DNA of 64,000 nucleotides, taken from positions 454,875 through 518,874 of the forward strand of contig RDEW01000009.1 in NCBI GenBank assembly GCA_011109175.1, given 5' to 3'. The translations under genes and the position numbers were made by a program. The notes beneath the pieces are model-generated. The model was not told the origin of the DNA. It saw nothing but the letters and a program-made list of their open reading frames with translations, and searched no databases. Positions 38,671-51,945 of this stretch are shown one piece after another. This DNA comes from Dicyema japonicum. Its lineage: Eukaryota > Animalia > Dicyemida. The stretch's first letter is position 1, and each line of letters begins with the position of its first letter.

Positions 38671-39628
38671 AATTAAGTGCTCCTTAACAGTTTAATTGTA
38701 TAACTGATAAATTAGTAGTCAAATAATTTTAAAATTTTGAGTTTTTACCTAAATTGTAAACATGTAGAAATACCTGATGTCAAGTTAATATTTTCCAAGT
38801 CCTTATTCACCGATGTTATTCGTTTATCCAAAATACTGAGACTCTTCTTCCTTTCTCGTTCCAAATGATTCATCTTCTTCTCTGATTTCATCATATTTCG
38901 CTTATTACTACTTTCAAATTCTTTCAACGAGTTTTTCGGATGAAAGATTTTCTTTTCCGAGATTTCCTTTAAGCTTTCTCTTTTAAATAAAAACTATTTT
39001 TAAAATATTCAAGCATACCGCTTTCATTTGCCGTTTTTCCCGCAAGTCGTATTTATAACTGCGAGTAAATCGATTTTTACATTATTTGCGGCAAGTCGGT
39101 TATCTTTAATTGAGCCTCGGTGGATCTGGGGAATCAATTTTAAGTCTTGGTTACATGGGTGAACCACAGGATAATAGTCATGACGATTGTAATTTTGGTT
39201 TGTCGAAATCGTCATTTGTTCTTTTGTAGTAAGCAAAAGAGTTATGATTTCGCCACTTTTGCTGCAAACAGTTTTTGGTTGAATTGGTTGCATCCCTCTC
39301 TTGCACTCATGTCGAATACATGTTTGAATGTTGGAGAAATAGCCCTTAAAAGCAAAAATATCTTGGCTTCTCAAGATGGATATGATATTTCGTCCTCCTT
39401 TGGGTGGACAAAATGATGGAATCAGGACATTGGAACGTTTTGGAACGAAGAGCGTCTCCTGGTTTTAATATATGGCGCTATAAGTTAGTTAAAAGTACTC
39501 CCGCATTACCCATAAGCATATGAATACTTAGGATTGCGCTTGTCCTCTGTTTTCACTACTCGTTCTACCAGTTTACTCCATGTAACTTTCCTCCCCAATT
39601 AGGCGTCAAAAACGTTTAAAAATAAATA

Positions 39629-40453
39629 TTAATAAAATTGAATCCCTTTATTGGTAATAGTAAAGTCTACACATACGGGAGGTAGATTAGGTGCAGAAAG
39701 GACTGTGAGAGTCCGTCTTTTGGTCCCCAGATCAACAGAATCACAATACCGACTCAAAATAAGGCGGACATTCATATAATGGGCCCAACCCAACCCCAAG
39801 GCAGGAACTTTTGTCTTGCTAAATGAATCCTCCATGCAGTCTGTCACCTGGTTTATGCAAAGAATTGATCCGCCAGTCTTCGCTTTAACGTCATGTAGAA
39901 GCCTGCCGAGTTCAGCAATTTGTCGGGCTCTTACATTGGCGGGAGAAATTTCCTGACCACGAAAAACCGCAGCAACTGAATCAATGACAATCAAAGGAAC
40001 TGAGAATTTGGCAAGAAGAAGATTCAGCTTGTTTTTGAGACATTTTATGAGACTTTCCTTAATTTATTTAGGAAACAAAATACATAGTCGGCACAATTTT
40101 CCACGAAAATCTTGTCTGCCCTATAAGTGGAATCACGTAAGCTGAGGATTTCGAAAAGTCTATGTGAAGGGAAAGGACCTCCGGATTGAATGAACAAAAC
40201 AACTGTTTTAAAAGCATTAAATACCTTCAGATTCATTCAAGTCAGCAGCCGAGCATATTTGAAGTCCTAATTGAGTTTTTCCTGATGCCCCCTCTCCACT
40301 GATTTCGAATATACCCCAAATTCCGCCTATATTATTTTTTCAATACAACCCTTTAAGATTTTGTTCAAATTGGACGATCCGGTGTCTAAATATTTTCTTT
40401 TAGGGTACTCCACCGCTTATAGTAATAAAAATTTAGCAACCACTAATCCACAT
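39629..40453 (-). CDS. XRCC3: RAD51 paralog XRCC3-like (spliced)
   Basis: Walker A in EISGEGASGKTQL, Walker B in IVIDSVAA, plus CINQVTD and PALGLGWA, and C-terminal RRTLTVLSAPNLP..FTITNKGI. Predicted start ATG at 40453 with short introns. Confidence 0.8.
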
Positions 40454-40739
40454 TTATACTTCCCGCCAATTTTAAATAAAATATATTATTTGAATATTAA
40501 AAGTTTAATTTTTAATATTCAAATAATAATAAAGTTTAATTTTTAATATTCAAATAATAAACATTGTTAATTTTAGACAAAAATGAAAAAAATTTTTAAA
40601 TATATTATGTTGCTTTGGACCGCTTGAACATCCGCAGGAAAATACCATAGCGGATTTCGCTAAAGGTCGACAGAGGACATTCCGGAAGCCATAGATGGGA
40701 GTGTGCAGCTGCTCAAAGATATAAAAATGCCACGACCAT

Positions 40740-41720
40740 CCTGGAGATCGATATGTCAAGAGCTTTCGACACTATTAGCAGACACACTCTAATAGATGTC
40801 CTACAACAATTCGTGGACCAATTGTTGCAAAGGATTATTGGAGAACTGCTCTCTAGTACTGAACTGTCGGTCGGGATTGAAGAACTATATCCAGGCTACA
40901 ATCGGTTTTCCAGGGAAATTCTCTCTCCCTTAATATATGTGATATATCTCGGATCTAAGAACGTATTACAAAGAAAAAATAAAGGAAGTCGTATACGGAT
41001 TTCTTATCCGAGATAAAAAGCTATCTCACATTTACTGAAAAATGTACCTGACAAATTGTGTGAATTGTTCCTAATCGCAAACCGGGACAAAACCGAAATA
41101 ACCAAATCAAAGAATAGACAACATTCTTGATGAACGTTAGTGATGTGTCAACAAGTTTGGATCCCTACTTGGAAATACAGAATACATCACAAAAAGGAAA
41201 ACACTTGCAGGAGTAGCAATGCAAAACTCAAAAAGGGGTGGCTGCGGGACTAGATGTTACTCTACGGATGTGCATATTTAATAAATTTGTGAAACCAGTA
41301 CTCACTATAATGCTGGTGCTTGTGCCTGTTTGTTTGCGGAATCGATGGATCTCGATGCGTTTCACAAAAAACAGTTTAGAGTCCATTTGGCATGCAATGG
41401 ACTGTCAGGATCTCAAATGCTGGAATTTATCTTAAAAAATGCAAGAGTAGACCTCTAAGCCTGGACATCTTAGCAATCTATCGAAAAGGGCCAGATGGTG
41501 GAGACTGTTTGGACACATCCTGCTTATGAATCTCGCTGCCCCAGCGAATGTGGCGATGGAATAGCACTTCATGTTCGAAGGAAAATGCCTCTGTGGCCGA
41601 CCAAGAATAACACTCCCTATAATACTTGAGAAAGACCTCCAAAAAGTGAGGAAATGCCTAAAGATGGGAGACCATCTAGAAAAGGAGATTGATTGCGTGT
41701 AACCGTGGAGGATGGAAGAG
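40740..41720 (+). mobile_element. RTE-like RT remnant
   Basis: IDMSRAFDTI, LSPL, WRLFGHIL and GRPRITL motifs. Confidence 0.65.
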
Positions 41721-43789
41721 ACTAATTAATAACATCGTTTCTTGTGTTGCATATGCTTTGCTATAACCATTATGGCAAGGTGATAAGTGCTTATAATGCA
41801 TTACTCCTGTCCTAAAAATTGGGAGTATTTATTCAGTTCTTAATGGATACTGAAAGTCGTGGGAACCTTAAATAAGCATCACAAGAATTTGAGAAATCCA
41901 AAATCAATTGGTTAAATGATTTAACTCTTGATTATACAAGACTTTAAGTCTCATCACACATCTGATGTAATCTTAGCTAAAAGCACGTAGGATATTTTGA
42001 AATTATGAATTAATTTGGGTCATACGTGGGTCGATATACTTATTTCCTTTCTTGCAGAGCTCATAACTTGATTTTTGTAATAATTCATAATATACCAGAA
42101 AAAGCTTTAATCCAGTCCCTCCAACCGGATTGTGACATTTTGCAAGTATCTGACTTTATATGAATCCATCCATTGGAGTAGAGAAGATAGGGGTCCTTTT
42201 TGGATGCCAGCCTAAGTTAGAAGGATCCAATGACGCCTATAGAATTAAAAAAGTCAAGAGGAAACAGGATATTCATCGGCAAGCGGTAGGAGGTAGAGAA
42301 TAAAACCCACATCTAAATACAACGCGAGCGACAGGACTAATCACTCTACTGTCTAATCTTCATACCTTGATTTCAGTGAATAGTCAATAAAAAATGTACC
42401 AAATAAATCCAAGCAAAATTTTTATTTCTCAAAAGTGACAGATATTTTCCTATAAAACAATATTAATTTATAATAACTTTTATAAATTTTAAAAATAAAT
42501 TTATTATTCTGTGTCAAGTGTGATGAAGCTTATTCCTGATTTTTTAATATACAAATCAGCTGCTGACCATTACAGCCCAAAAAGTGATATTCATCCACAA
42601 GTATGCGATTGCCATAAATTTAGTTATTTTTTGCTACCAGATGGAAAAGAATCCGCTTACTTGGGATGACCTGCGCCTTCTTCTCGTTTGCGTTCAACTT
42701 GCCCTTCTTTATTGCCCTGCATCAGATAAAGAAGACTGGATACAGCTAATCACTAATTTTTAATTTACATTAACTGGTTTTTCCTTTTCTCGATCTTTTA
42801 ATATCTTATATATAGTCATATTTTCTTCCTTGAGTGTGTGGTCCCTTAGATTTTTCTTCTTCTAGTGGTGTCATCGGATCAACCTTATTCAGGAGACGCC
42901 GCATTCAAAAGAATGCATCTCTTCATTCCATTGGGAGACAACTTTGCTCTCAGGCGATGAGTTCTGTCTTCGACCTTGTTTCCGGACAATTTCCTCTGGA
43001 TCACTGTCCTGGCTCTACTGGAATATGTCAGAATCAGTTGGTTTAGTTTTATTCTTGGTCCTTGGAATAACTTCATCAGGCAATTTGGAAAGTCCATCCC
43101 AATTCCGTGCTGTCAGAGCCAATATTCCCCGAGTCCACTCATCCTATGGTGGACAGTACAATTTTATGGATCGAATTTTACTCAAAAATTCCTTCGTTTT
43201 GTGGAGAAGGCGCAAGCTTGTTCCATCTATTTATGTCTCAGAAAAAAAGTTGGTCAGCGCAGAAGTTAACTACCTTAATCAATTTCCGATGCATGCACGA
43301 GAGAAGGTGGTTTCGGATGGGTACAATGGAGGACCACAGGTGCTAATTAAACCAAATTGGATCACCAAACTGACTATATTTTGTATTTCTTATTCTCAAT
43401 CCATGTATTCAGAATAATATAGCCAATTCGCTGTCTGTGAGAGTAGATTTAACTGTTTAATTATGTGTACTTGTGATGTTTGAAAATATTTTTAGATAGA
43501 TATGTATAATTTTGTATTTATGTGCTTTCGACCGTTCAATGTTTGTGCTGTTAACTTGATTTTACTAAGAGTAACTATGCAAGATTATCTTATCCATTAT
43601 TAGTAACACTTAGAAACACGACAAAGTTTTAAAATGTCTAATAGAGTGATCCTGGTGTCCTTGTCTTGCCTTTTTCAATAAACTGCTACAAAGTCAAGAA
43701 TTAAACCCATAAAGAAGTGGTGGTGCAGTGTAAATAATTTCTTGAGGATTCCTCAAAAGTAAGCGATTTATTTTATTTGTTTATTTAAT

Positions 43790-44210
43790 CCCAAGACCAC
43801 CAGGAAAGATAGGTCAAAACTAACTAATTAGGTGATCCCAGCCTCCAACAATATCCGAACTCTCTCTATTTGGTCTTCTGGTGATCCAACCGCACTCCGG
43901 AAGCGTCTTCTCTTGCTTCTGCAAAGGGATTCAATCAACGTGCACTTTATATTACCGATCGAAATTCCTCTGCATGGGTCACCTTTTCCTTGAGTGGGTT
44001 TCCCAGTTCCTTGCAGAAACGTAGGAAACCCTGGCCATTTTTCAACGTCGCCTCATCAGAAACTGGTCGCCAATGGGGATGTCCGTGTGGTGCATAATTC
44101 CCGCTTGAGGGAGTTCAAACGGTCCACTCTCGAAGGGGGAATCGCAAAGTGATAAGTGGTTTAAAACCACATATTTCATCTCAGGAGGGGTCCAGCGCCA
44201 TGAAACATCA
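43790..44210 (-). mobile_element. LINE 3' remnant, homologous to 63780-64000
   Basis: Ends GGAGGCTGGGATCACCTAATTAGTT...GGTGGTCTTGGGATTAAATAA. Confidence 0.65.
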
Positions 44211-44231
44211 AAGAGAGGATACACTTAATTA

Positions 44232-44269
44232 TTATTATTATTACCCCCAGGATCACTGGGTCAAAGAGA
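44232..44269 (-). mobile_element. ~38-bp LINE 3'-terminal insertion with 11-bp TSD
   Basis: ACACTTAATTA at 44221-44231 and 44270-44280 flanks TTCTCTTTGACCCAGTGATCCTGGGGG(TAA)n read on the minus strand. Confidence 0.7.
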
Positions 44270-44619
44270 ACACTTAATTAGAAATTCAAATTAGTTTCCA
44301 GAAAATTGTCATAAATGGTTAAAATTTGTAAACAAAGATAAAAAATATATATTCAAAATTATTATTATTAAAGTCACTCCCGAGAAAACATAAAGTTAAT
44401 TAAGCCTCCCTTGCAGACCAAGAAACACACTTCCAACCTGCTTAAAAGATGACTACGAACAAAATAGTCGTAAATTGGTGACAGCGGACGATCTGGATGA
44501 TGTTCGAATGAGGACCAGGAACAAGATGGCGTAGGCGAGGAGGATGGCGAGGAGGATGGCTGCAAAATATGGCTCAAGCGAACCCCTTTTAGGGCCACGC
44601 GAAAGAGCTCTTAACTAAC

Positions 44620-45480
44620 TAACTAAGCCTCCCTTGTGCCGTATTCCGAATCATCCTCTCCGTCAGCCTCGAACTTGAAAATCGCAACATTCAAATATTT
44701 TAATCCTCGCCGTGAGTGAAGACAGATGTGCAAGAAGTGAGACGTATAAAGTACGACGGATTCCAAGACCCCCAAATCTAACTGGGAGTGTAGCTTGCTT
44801 CCATGTAGCATCGTCGAATTTGACATTAAATATTTGCTCCGTGGAGCTGAGGAAAGACAAATCAAAGTGCTCAAGCTGCTCTAGTTGGGAATAGTACGGG
44901 GCTCTCCTGAGTAAATAGGCGATTATCTAAATGTTAAGACTTCTTTTCATGAGGAATAGTGATGAGTGTGAGTCAAGTAGCTGTAATCTGTCCAGCGATT
45001 CGCATATAAGTTGTTTTTTGTCAAGGAGGATATGCTTCATCGCATTCCTAGTGATCGGGGATCCAAGAAAAATCAATTCGTTTTCAGGGGTCGAAATCCC
45101 ATCAGGAAATAAGGAGTAAAATTTTGGAACAATTGAAGAGAAATCAGCGTCAGCAAGACCACAGTTTGTTATTTCACATTTCGTTGTATTCAATTCAAGA
45201 CCCACCTAGGACAACGTGGGATGAGTACTTCTAACTCCTAGAAGACCATCTCCGGGGACCTCGTAAGACTGCGTCATCGAGGTACCAGATGTTGAGTGGG
45301 CATCGAGAGAGCTTTGTAATCCTCTCAATTCCGAGGGAGAACATCAGTGGTCCGAAGGGGTCGCCCTGTTGAACACCTGAGGAAGATGGAACCATGAAAT
45401 CCTCGTGCAATAGAGATGTAGGCTTTCCGCATGAATAATTGACCAGTTCAAATATGTATGGACATCTTTCTTTGCCATCA
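44620..45480 (-). mobile_element. Truncated copy of the CRE-like family at 53199-56230
   Basis: Long near-identical nucleotide stretches with 54100-54850 (GVQQGDP, WYLDD, TKCEITNCGLAD, ATLPVRFGGLGIRR). Confidence 0.85.
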
Positions 45481-45582
45481 AAAATTAAATAGGATTAATT
45501 AATTGTAAATATTTTAATATTTACAAAAATTCAAATATAAAAATAATTTAAATATTACGTGTATTATTCTCGTACTCAAATT

Positions 45583-48500
45583 ATGAATGCAAATGTTCAG
45601 GGAAGACTGTGCCACTTAATAGTCGCCTCCAGACAAGAGGATCTGTTTGACGAGAAGGACCTCATAAGTAAACTAAGTTTAAATCTTTTTTAATTATCCC
45701 AGGGAGTGATGACGTCGAGTCAAAGAGGATTGCTATGAAAACAATCATCCGTTGTTTGAGCAGCGGTTTTCAAACTCCCTCCATATTTTTGGAGGTTATA
45801 AACCACGTGTCTAAGAACAACGACCACTATCTGAAAAAACTATGGTTTTTGTTTTGGGAAATCATGCCAAAAATCGGAAGCGATGGTCAACCTGTGCCAG
45901 AAGTGATCCTTGCCTGTGATTCCTTCTTGAAAGACTTAACTCACCCTAACGAATTTCTCAGGGGATCTGTTCTCCGTTTTATGTCTAAAGTGCGGGAACC
46001 TGTGGTTCTTCAGGCAATATTCAACTATGTAATCGAGGGACTGAAACATCGTGAGCCCTATGTACGGAGAAACGCAGTCCTGGCCATTTTTTCTATTCAC
46101 AAGTTCCAATTTTAGTCATTTGTAGAAACTTTCCTAACATAATCGGAAATGTCCCCGAAATAATAACAAGTTACCTCGAGCGGGAGTCATCCTTGCCATG
46201 TAAGCGGAACGCATTCATCACCCTTCTCCACATTGACCAAGACCGAGCCTTAAACTATCTCATCCACAGAATTGACTCAGTCACTACATTTGGAGACACT
46301 CTTCAACTCACTGTGATCGAATTAATATTTAAGGTTTAAAATCGCTTATCTCCTAGGTCTGCAAACGTGATCCCTATCTACGGCCCAGGTTCATACGCTG
46401 TGTGTACAGTCTGCTTAACTCTGAGAGTCCAGCCGTCAGATTTGAGTCCGCAAACACTCTCATGCTGCTCACTACTCTCCCCTCGGCTGTGAAAGTGCGT
46501 CTATGTTGCTCTGATTGCAGGAAGTGGCAAAATGTTACATTGAGCTGGTTTCCGCGGAAAACGACATCAACGTGAGCCTTGTAGTTTTAAGAAAACTCAG
46601 CGAATTGGCCAAATCCGTGAACAAGTCCATTCTTGAGGTCCCCCATCTTTTTATTGCAGGACAGTGCAGTTGAAATGCTGCGAATGCTTTCGTGTGATGA
46701 TTTTTCTGTACGAAAAGAAGTCTTGGGACTCGTAATCCAGTTCATTTCACAACGTAATGCCTCCCAGGTGATTGACATTCTTATTTTAGCTTGTGACCTC
46801 GCTGAAAATCGAATTTATCAAGTTTTCCTCAGACGAGATGAACGAAAACTACAAAAAAGTCTTAATTTCAAGTCTCAAGGCCTGTTGTCTCAAATTCCCT
46901 CATGTTGTCGATTTGATTTTGCCCACAGTAGCTTTCAACCTCGTATTTGTAGTTTGTTGATCAACTTTGTATTTCATCAGAGTCTGTGTGTGATTCCATC
47001 ATGGACCTCGTTCGTTCATGCTTCACTGTGTATAGTGATCACTCCACTTTGCTGAATTTTCTATTTTCTTCTTTCCCCCATATTCGTTTCCCAAGGTATT
47101 GGGCGTGCAAATTTTAGTTGTCTCGTTTCTGTTGTGTGGTTGTGCTGTGAATTCGCAAGTTCCGTTGCCGAGATTCAAAGCACGTTTAATCACGTGTCTA
47201 AATTGTTTGCCGAGGTGCGTTTACCTGTTATTTTAGATCGTTTCAGCCTGTTCCCCCAATGAAAATGAAGAATGCGAGAAAGTGGCAGAAAATAAAGGTA
47301 TCCTGAATTGTAAGTGTCCAGAGGGGAGTCAATGTGGGAAGACCCGTTTATTGCTTATGGACGGAAGCTATGCAACTCAGACTTCCGCAGGGACCAAGCA
47401 CTCAGAAAATGGTGTTGTGTCGTATAAATTTAATTTAACGATAGTTTATCGATTCTGGGATTTGTTGACCGTGATTTGATGTTTCATGTGTCTTCTATTT
47501 GTGGGAGTTTGATAAAACTGTTAAAACACCTGGAGATTATGGAATGCGACTTGAGCTTTAAAAATGTTGTTTTTGCCTTATTCCAGTCTCTTTTCAGTCA
47601 GGCGATGCTCTTCGTGGTTTCCGTGCTGTGTTACCTCGATAAATGTGGAAAATTAGAGGTAATGTGTTAATTCGACCAAAGTCTGTCGATCAATCGGAAA
47701 TAGAACGAATTGAGTCATCAATATCGTTCCTTTTGGATTCTCCACTGACTGATGAGTCCTCTTTTTTAAAGCAGTTTCGCGATTCCTTTGACCTTGCCAT
47801 GACTACGTGGAAGGATAAAGATATTTATGTAGAAAAAGTACATGTAGTTTTGTTGGAGAAATTTATTAGGATTTGTCTGAAATTTGCAGTAATTTGATTG
47901 ACACTCAAATATCGTTCCGTTTCCTGACAAATTTATCGAACGATATTGAATCTGACGTTTGACTTTAGTTGATTCCAGGGACAACAAGATTATTTCTCGT
48001 CCAATGAACTGGTTTCCGTCAAAAAGGAGTCATCAAGTCTCAACCAGACAGGAAAAGTATTCCAGCTGACTGGAATGGCGGACGTGGTTTACGCCGAGGC
48101 AATGATTGAGGTTAACCACTGCACAATTTGGCTGGATGTTTCTGTTTATAATCAAACTCCTGATACATTGCAGAACTTTTCACTGGAACTGGCCGTTATT
48201 GGTTTCACGTGGATTCATTTGTAGGCGATATGACAGTACTCAACCGTCCTCAGTCCACCTCCCTCGCTGCCAAATCATGTCTGAACATTTCAACCTCTGT
48301 AAGATTGTCATCTTTGCAGAATGGAGTCATTTTTGGAAGTCTCGGTTGATCTTATTGTTAATTTGATAGTTTATGATACACGTGGAGCCCTGAACGATCG
48401 GTGCTATGTGATTCTAAATGATATCCGGATTGACCTGATTGACCACATTATTCCCTCATTATGCGGAGACGATGATTTTAGAAAGATGTGGGCTGAATTT

Positions 48501-48855
48501 GAATGGGAAAACAAAATACAGCTATCTACTAACACAAAGGACTTGAGGGAGATGCTGGAGTATATTTTGACGATTACTAAAATGAATTGTCTGACTCCAA
48601 AATCTGTATTTTGGTATATTTGAATTTAGATGCTTAATTTTGATTTGGGGTTTGTTTCTGCCAATTTATACGCTAAATCGATTTTTGGTGATTCAATTCT
48701 AGCAAATTTGAGCATAGAGGGTAATCAGTTCAACTCTGAAATCTCTGGGCATATTAGGATTCGTTCTATGACACAGGTTTTTGTTGATTTCACTCGTCTA
48801 GTCCATTGCCGTTAGTTTTGGTGAAAGGATTAATGAAAATATGAGAAAGCGGTGA
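45583..48855 (+). CDS. COPB1: Coatomer subunit beta (multi-exon, short introns)
   Basis: [92 protein letters not shown] and [18 protein letters not shown]. First intron 45677-45702 is 26 nt. Confidence 0.95.
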
Positions 48856-49099
48856 TTTCCTTGTTAATTAATATATATTTTAATTTTTTTCATTAAAATT
48901 GAAGTTTTTGAGTTTGCATGTATTTCTAGTTTATATTGGTTTCCTCAGTACTGTGATTCCTGATGGTTTGATTCACACATTTTTGCTCGGGCATGGATCA
49001 TCGCTGGCTCCTCCAGTTAATCTCGATAGTCTTCGTGGAGGAAATCCCACGTCTATTAGTTGGAACCTATTACACCGAGAAGGAAGTTAATGATTAAAA

Positions 49100-49680
49100 A
49101 CTAATTGAATATCTCCAGTTCCCATATTCAAAGAAACAAAGAGTCTTTCAAAGCATTCTGAGTTCTCTCATAGCTGATTCCAAATATGTCGTGAATTTTA
49201 GAGGGAGATAATCTACATGAGGGGTGCCGCGTTTGTTTAAATTTCCTTGAGTAAATATTACCGACTCTTACAAAGAACTCTGTATTGAAGAGTAGAATTC
49301 TGATCATTCTTAAACTCATCCTGAAATTGTTCAAATACTCCATTAGTTAATGGAACCTTCAACCGAATAGACAGAAGGGGGATTCGAACCAAAACCTCAT
49401 GATTTTGGTCCGGCACTCGTAACACTGCGCCACCCGTGAAGATCTCACAGGTTCTTTATAAGTCTATCCCCAATGTTGGTGGCGTTGTTGTTTTCATGTG
49501 TTACACACTAAAAGTTGTGACCCCAGACTGCATCAGCTGTAAATTTCTCTTCTCGAAATCCGTTTTGGCTTTCTGATTTGCGGGTCCTTTGATTCATTCC
49601 ATCAAGAACTTTCCGTAGGAAATTTAGTAGTATAACGGGTCATAAGCTTTATTAATTTTTTGTATCGCAATCAATTGTTC
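49100..49680 (-). mobile_element. RTE-like RT remnant
   Basis: FFVRVGNIYSRKFK..TGTPH.DYLP parallels the 6990-8220 remnant. Confidence 0.55.
49372..49440 (-). other. tRNA-derived sequence (pseudogene or SINE head)
   Basis: GGTGGCGCAGTG (A-box-like) and GGTTCGAATCC (B-box) at tRNA-like spacing; the cloverleaf is imperfect. Confidence 0.55.
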
Positions 49681-49769
49681 TGTCCCCAAAGGTAAAGTGA
49701 TGAAATAATACATTTATTTATCCCCGGTCCATTCATGTTGAGGAAACTGGTAATTAAAAGATCATTCGG

Positions 49770-50300
49770 GGGACTTAATTACTTTTGCTTCTGTCGATAC
49801 AAGGGAACGTATATACTGAGAAATTGACATTTCGCGCAGTAAAAGAACTTCACCGTTTAGACCTTTCAACCAAATTACCATTCACTAAACTAAATACTTA
49901 CATGATCATGGCACGTTCCAACAGAGACCTTAACTTGGTCCGATATTCCTTCCACGAAGTCACACAAGCACATATCGGCCGAATAACTAAATGTTTATAG
50001 TAGCAAGGGCACGCTCCTCGGTTTTTACGAATTAGGAATTAATTCAACAGGTATTGGAAACATTTCCAAGAGTCGATCATCCCGTAACTTTAAAAGCTTC
50101 GATCTTCAATGAATATGTCCAAGAGAAGAATGAGCACCAGGAAGCAAACGCATAGGAGATGCATGGTTCGATATACTGTCTGTAGACAGAGTTCAGGACT
50201 GAATGGTTTCCGACCCCCCATAATCTTGAAAGGCGTCTCAGAAGATTAGACTTTTTCTCACTTTCGTCGTGTTTAGAAAACCACATGTGCACGTCGAAAA
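49770..50300 (-). mobile_element. LINE 3' coding remnant
   Basis: LLRRLSRLWG...VYRQYIEPCISYAFASW. Confidence 0.65.
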
Positions 50301-50329
50301 TGATTCCTATAATTTTCTGGTGTTTCCTA

Positions 50330-50720
50330 TATGAGAATCGGTATCATCCACCTTTAGCTCTAGCGTCCGTCTGCTTAGCTTTCTTCATAAGAAAATAAAA
50401 GTGACTCATTTTTCAGAGCTAATTGATAAGTGGTTGTCCTCTAACCAAACATCGTTACGTCATCGGGCCTCTTGCCATCACCTCTGTCAAGCAAACGGGT
50501 TCCAGAAGACAGTAAAAACGGCGTCTTTAATATCCCTCATGACAGTCGAGTTTAACATGGTGTGATGAGGGAATCTCTCGGCGCTCCGTATGTACGAATA
50601 CAGACGTCCTTTTCTGTCAACAATCACACCTCTTTGGCATCGATGTTCCAAGCAGACGTCAAGACCTAGCCGAAGAGCAACTCCAACGCGAATTGTATTC
50701 CCATCCAAAAGAGTAACAAC
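50330..50720 (-). mobile_element. CRE-like RLE remnant
   Basis: IRVGVALRLGLDVCLEHRCQRGVIVDRKG and DGKRPD. Confidence 0.7.
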
Positions 50721-50889
50721 TGTTTACTTGTTAAAATTAAATGATTTATAATAATAATAATTGTCATGTTGACTTGATTTAACATTTTAACATTTAATAA
50801 CCCCGGTTTTATATATTAATTTTTATTTAAAAAATATAAATTTAATATTATTAAAATCATTTTAAATTCAATAAATTAAAACGTGTTGT

Positions 50890-51367
50890 ATGGGAGTCTT
50901 GGTTAGTCTTTTTGTAGTAAAATTATTTAGACTGATAAAGCAATAACCATCTCGACGCAGAGATCAATGAAGAACCCTCTTTTGGATAGGAGGCAAATGA
51001 TGTTTACTATCCGTCACCCAACAACTGGCACACCAACCCGTCTTCAGGTCGTCGAGTACCTCGCTAAAATGCACAAAGTAGTCAAGGAGAGAGTTATCTG
51101 CTACGGGCTGAGGACTCAGTTCGGTAACACAAAAACTACGGGATTTGCTTTAATTTATGATAAACCCCAGGATGCCCTAAAAATAGAACCAATCCACCGT
51201 CTAAATAGAGTTTTATAAGGCTTTGATTTTAGTTTGGACTTAAATGTAAAGAGAAGAGGATGGGTTGTAAAGACAGGAAGAAGAAGAAAAATCAAAAGAA
51301 GAAGCAATTTGGAACTCTTCGAATGCGACAGAAGGAGAAGAAGAGGAGGAAGGCCCGACTTGAGTAA
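50890..51367 (+). CDS. RPS24: 40S ribosomal protein S24 (eS24), 3 exons
   Basis: NPLLDRRQM...HP...GLRTQFGNTKTTGFALIYD...EPIHRLNR followed by a lysine-rich tail. Introns 50902-50930 (29 nt) and 51210-51232 (23 nt) restore the frame. Confidence 0.92.
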
Positions 51368-51945
51368 TTCACAATTTTTGTTTTTTCGGATTTTTATTAT
51401 CTTTATATGTGGGTTGTCTGTTATTTTGCATCCACTTCCTCTGTGGAGGTCAAACAGGTCAGTCGTCGTATAGGTCGAGTACAGTAGGCAACAAATCTTT
51501 CCTATATTAATAGAATTCATAAAACGGTGAAAATCTCGGATGCTCATTAAGGGTACCACCATGTGAACTTTGGATGGCTCACTCCCTTTTTTGTGTTCTT
51601 GGGGTTACTAAATAATCTAGGAAATCACGTTTTTTTCTTACAGAAGCTCATGAGCTGTTCCTACAGCATCGTTTTCATGGTACAAGTTACTTGTTCATCG
51701 CTGTCAAAGTACAAAGCCGCCAATCGATTGAACCAGAATCTTAGATTTATCCGTCGTAATGTCAAAGGATCCTTTAGTCGATGAAAAAATTTGTCTTAAA
51801 AGTTCTATTTCTTTCAAAACTACACAGATTTTTAGTTGGAAGGTTAGGCAGGTGACATTGTTGATGTCTGACCGCAGATGGAACTAGTAATTTCCGGCAT
51901 AATAACTCTAAATTTGTCAAACACAGTAAATAATATCGACAAATA

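Noticed and set aside
38745-39600. Possible coiled-coil host gene downstream of XRCC3
   Set aside because: Plausible exons but no recognisable motif, so it is not supportable as a named feature.
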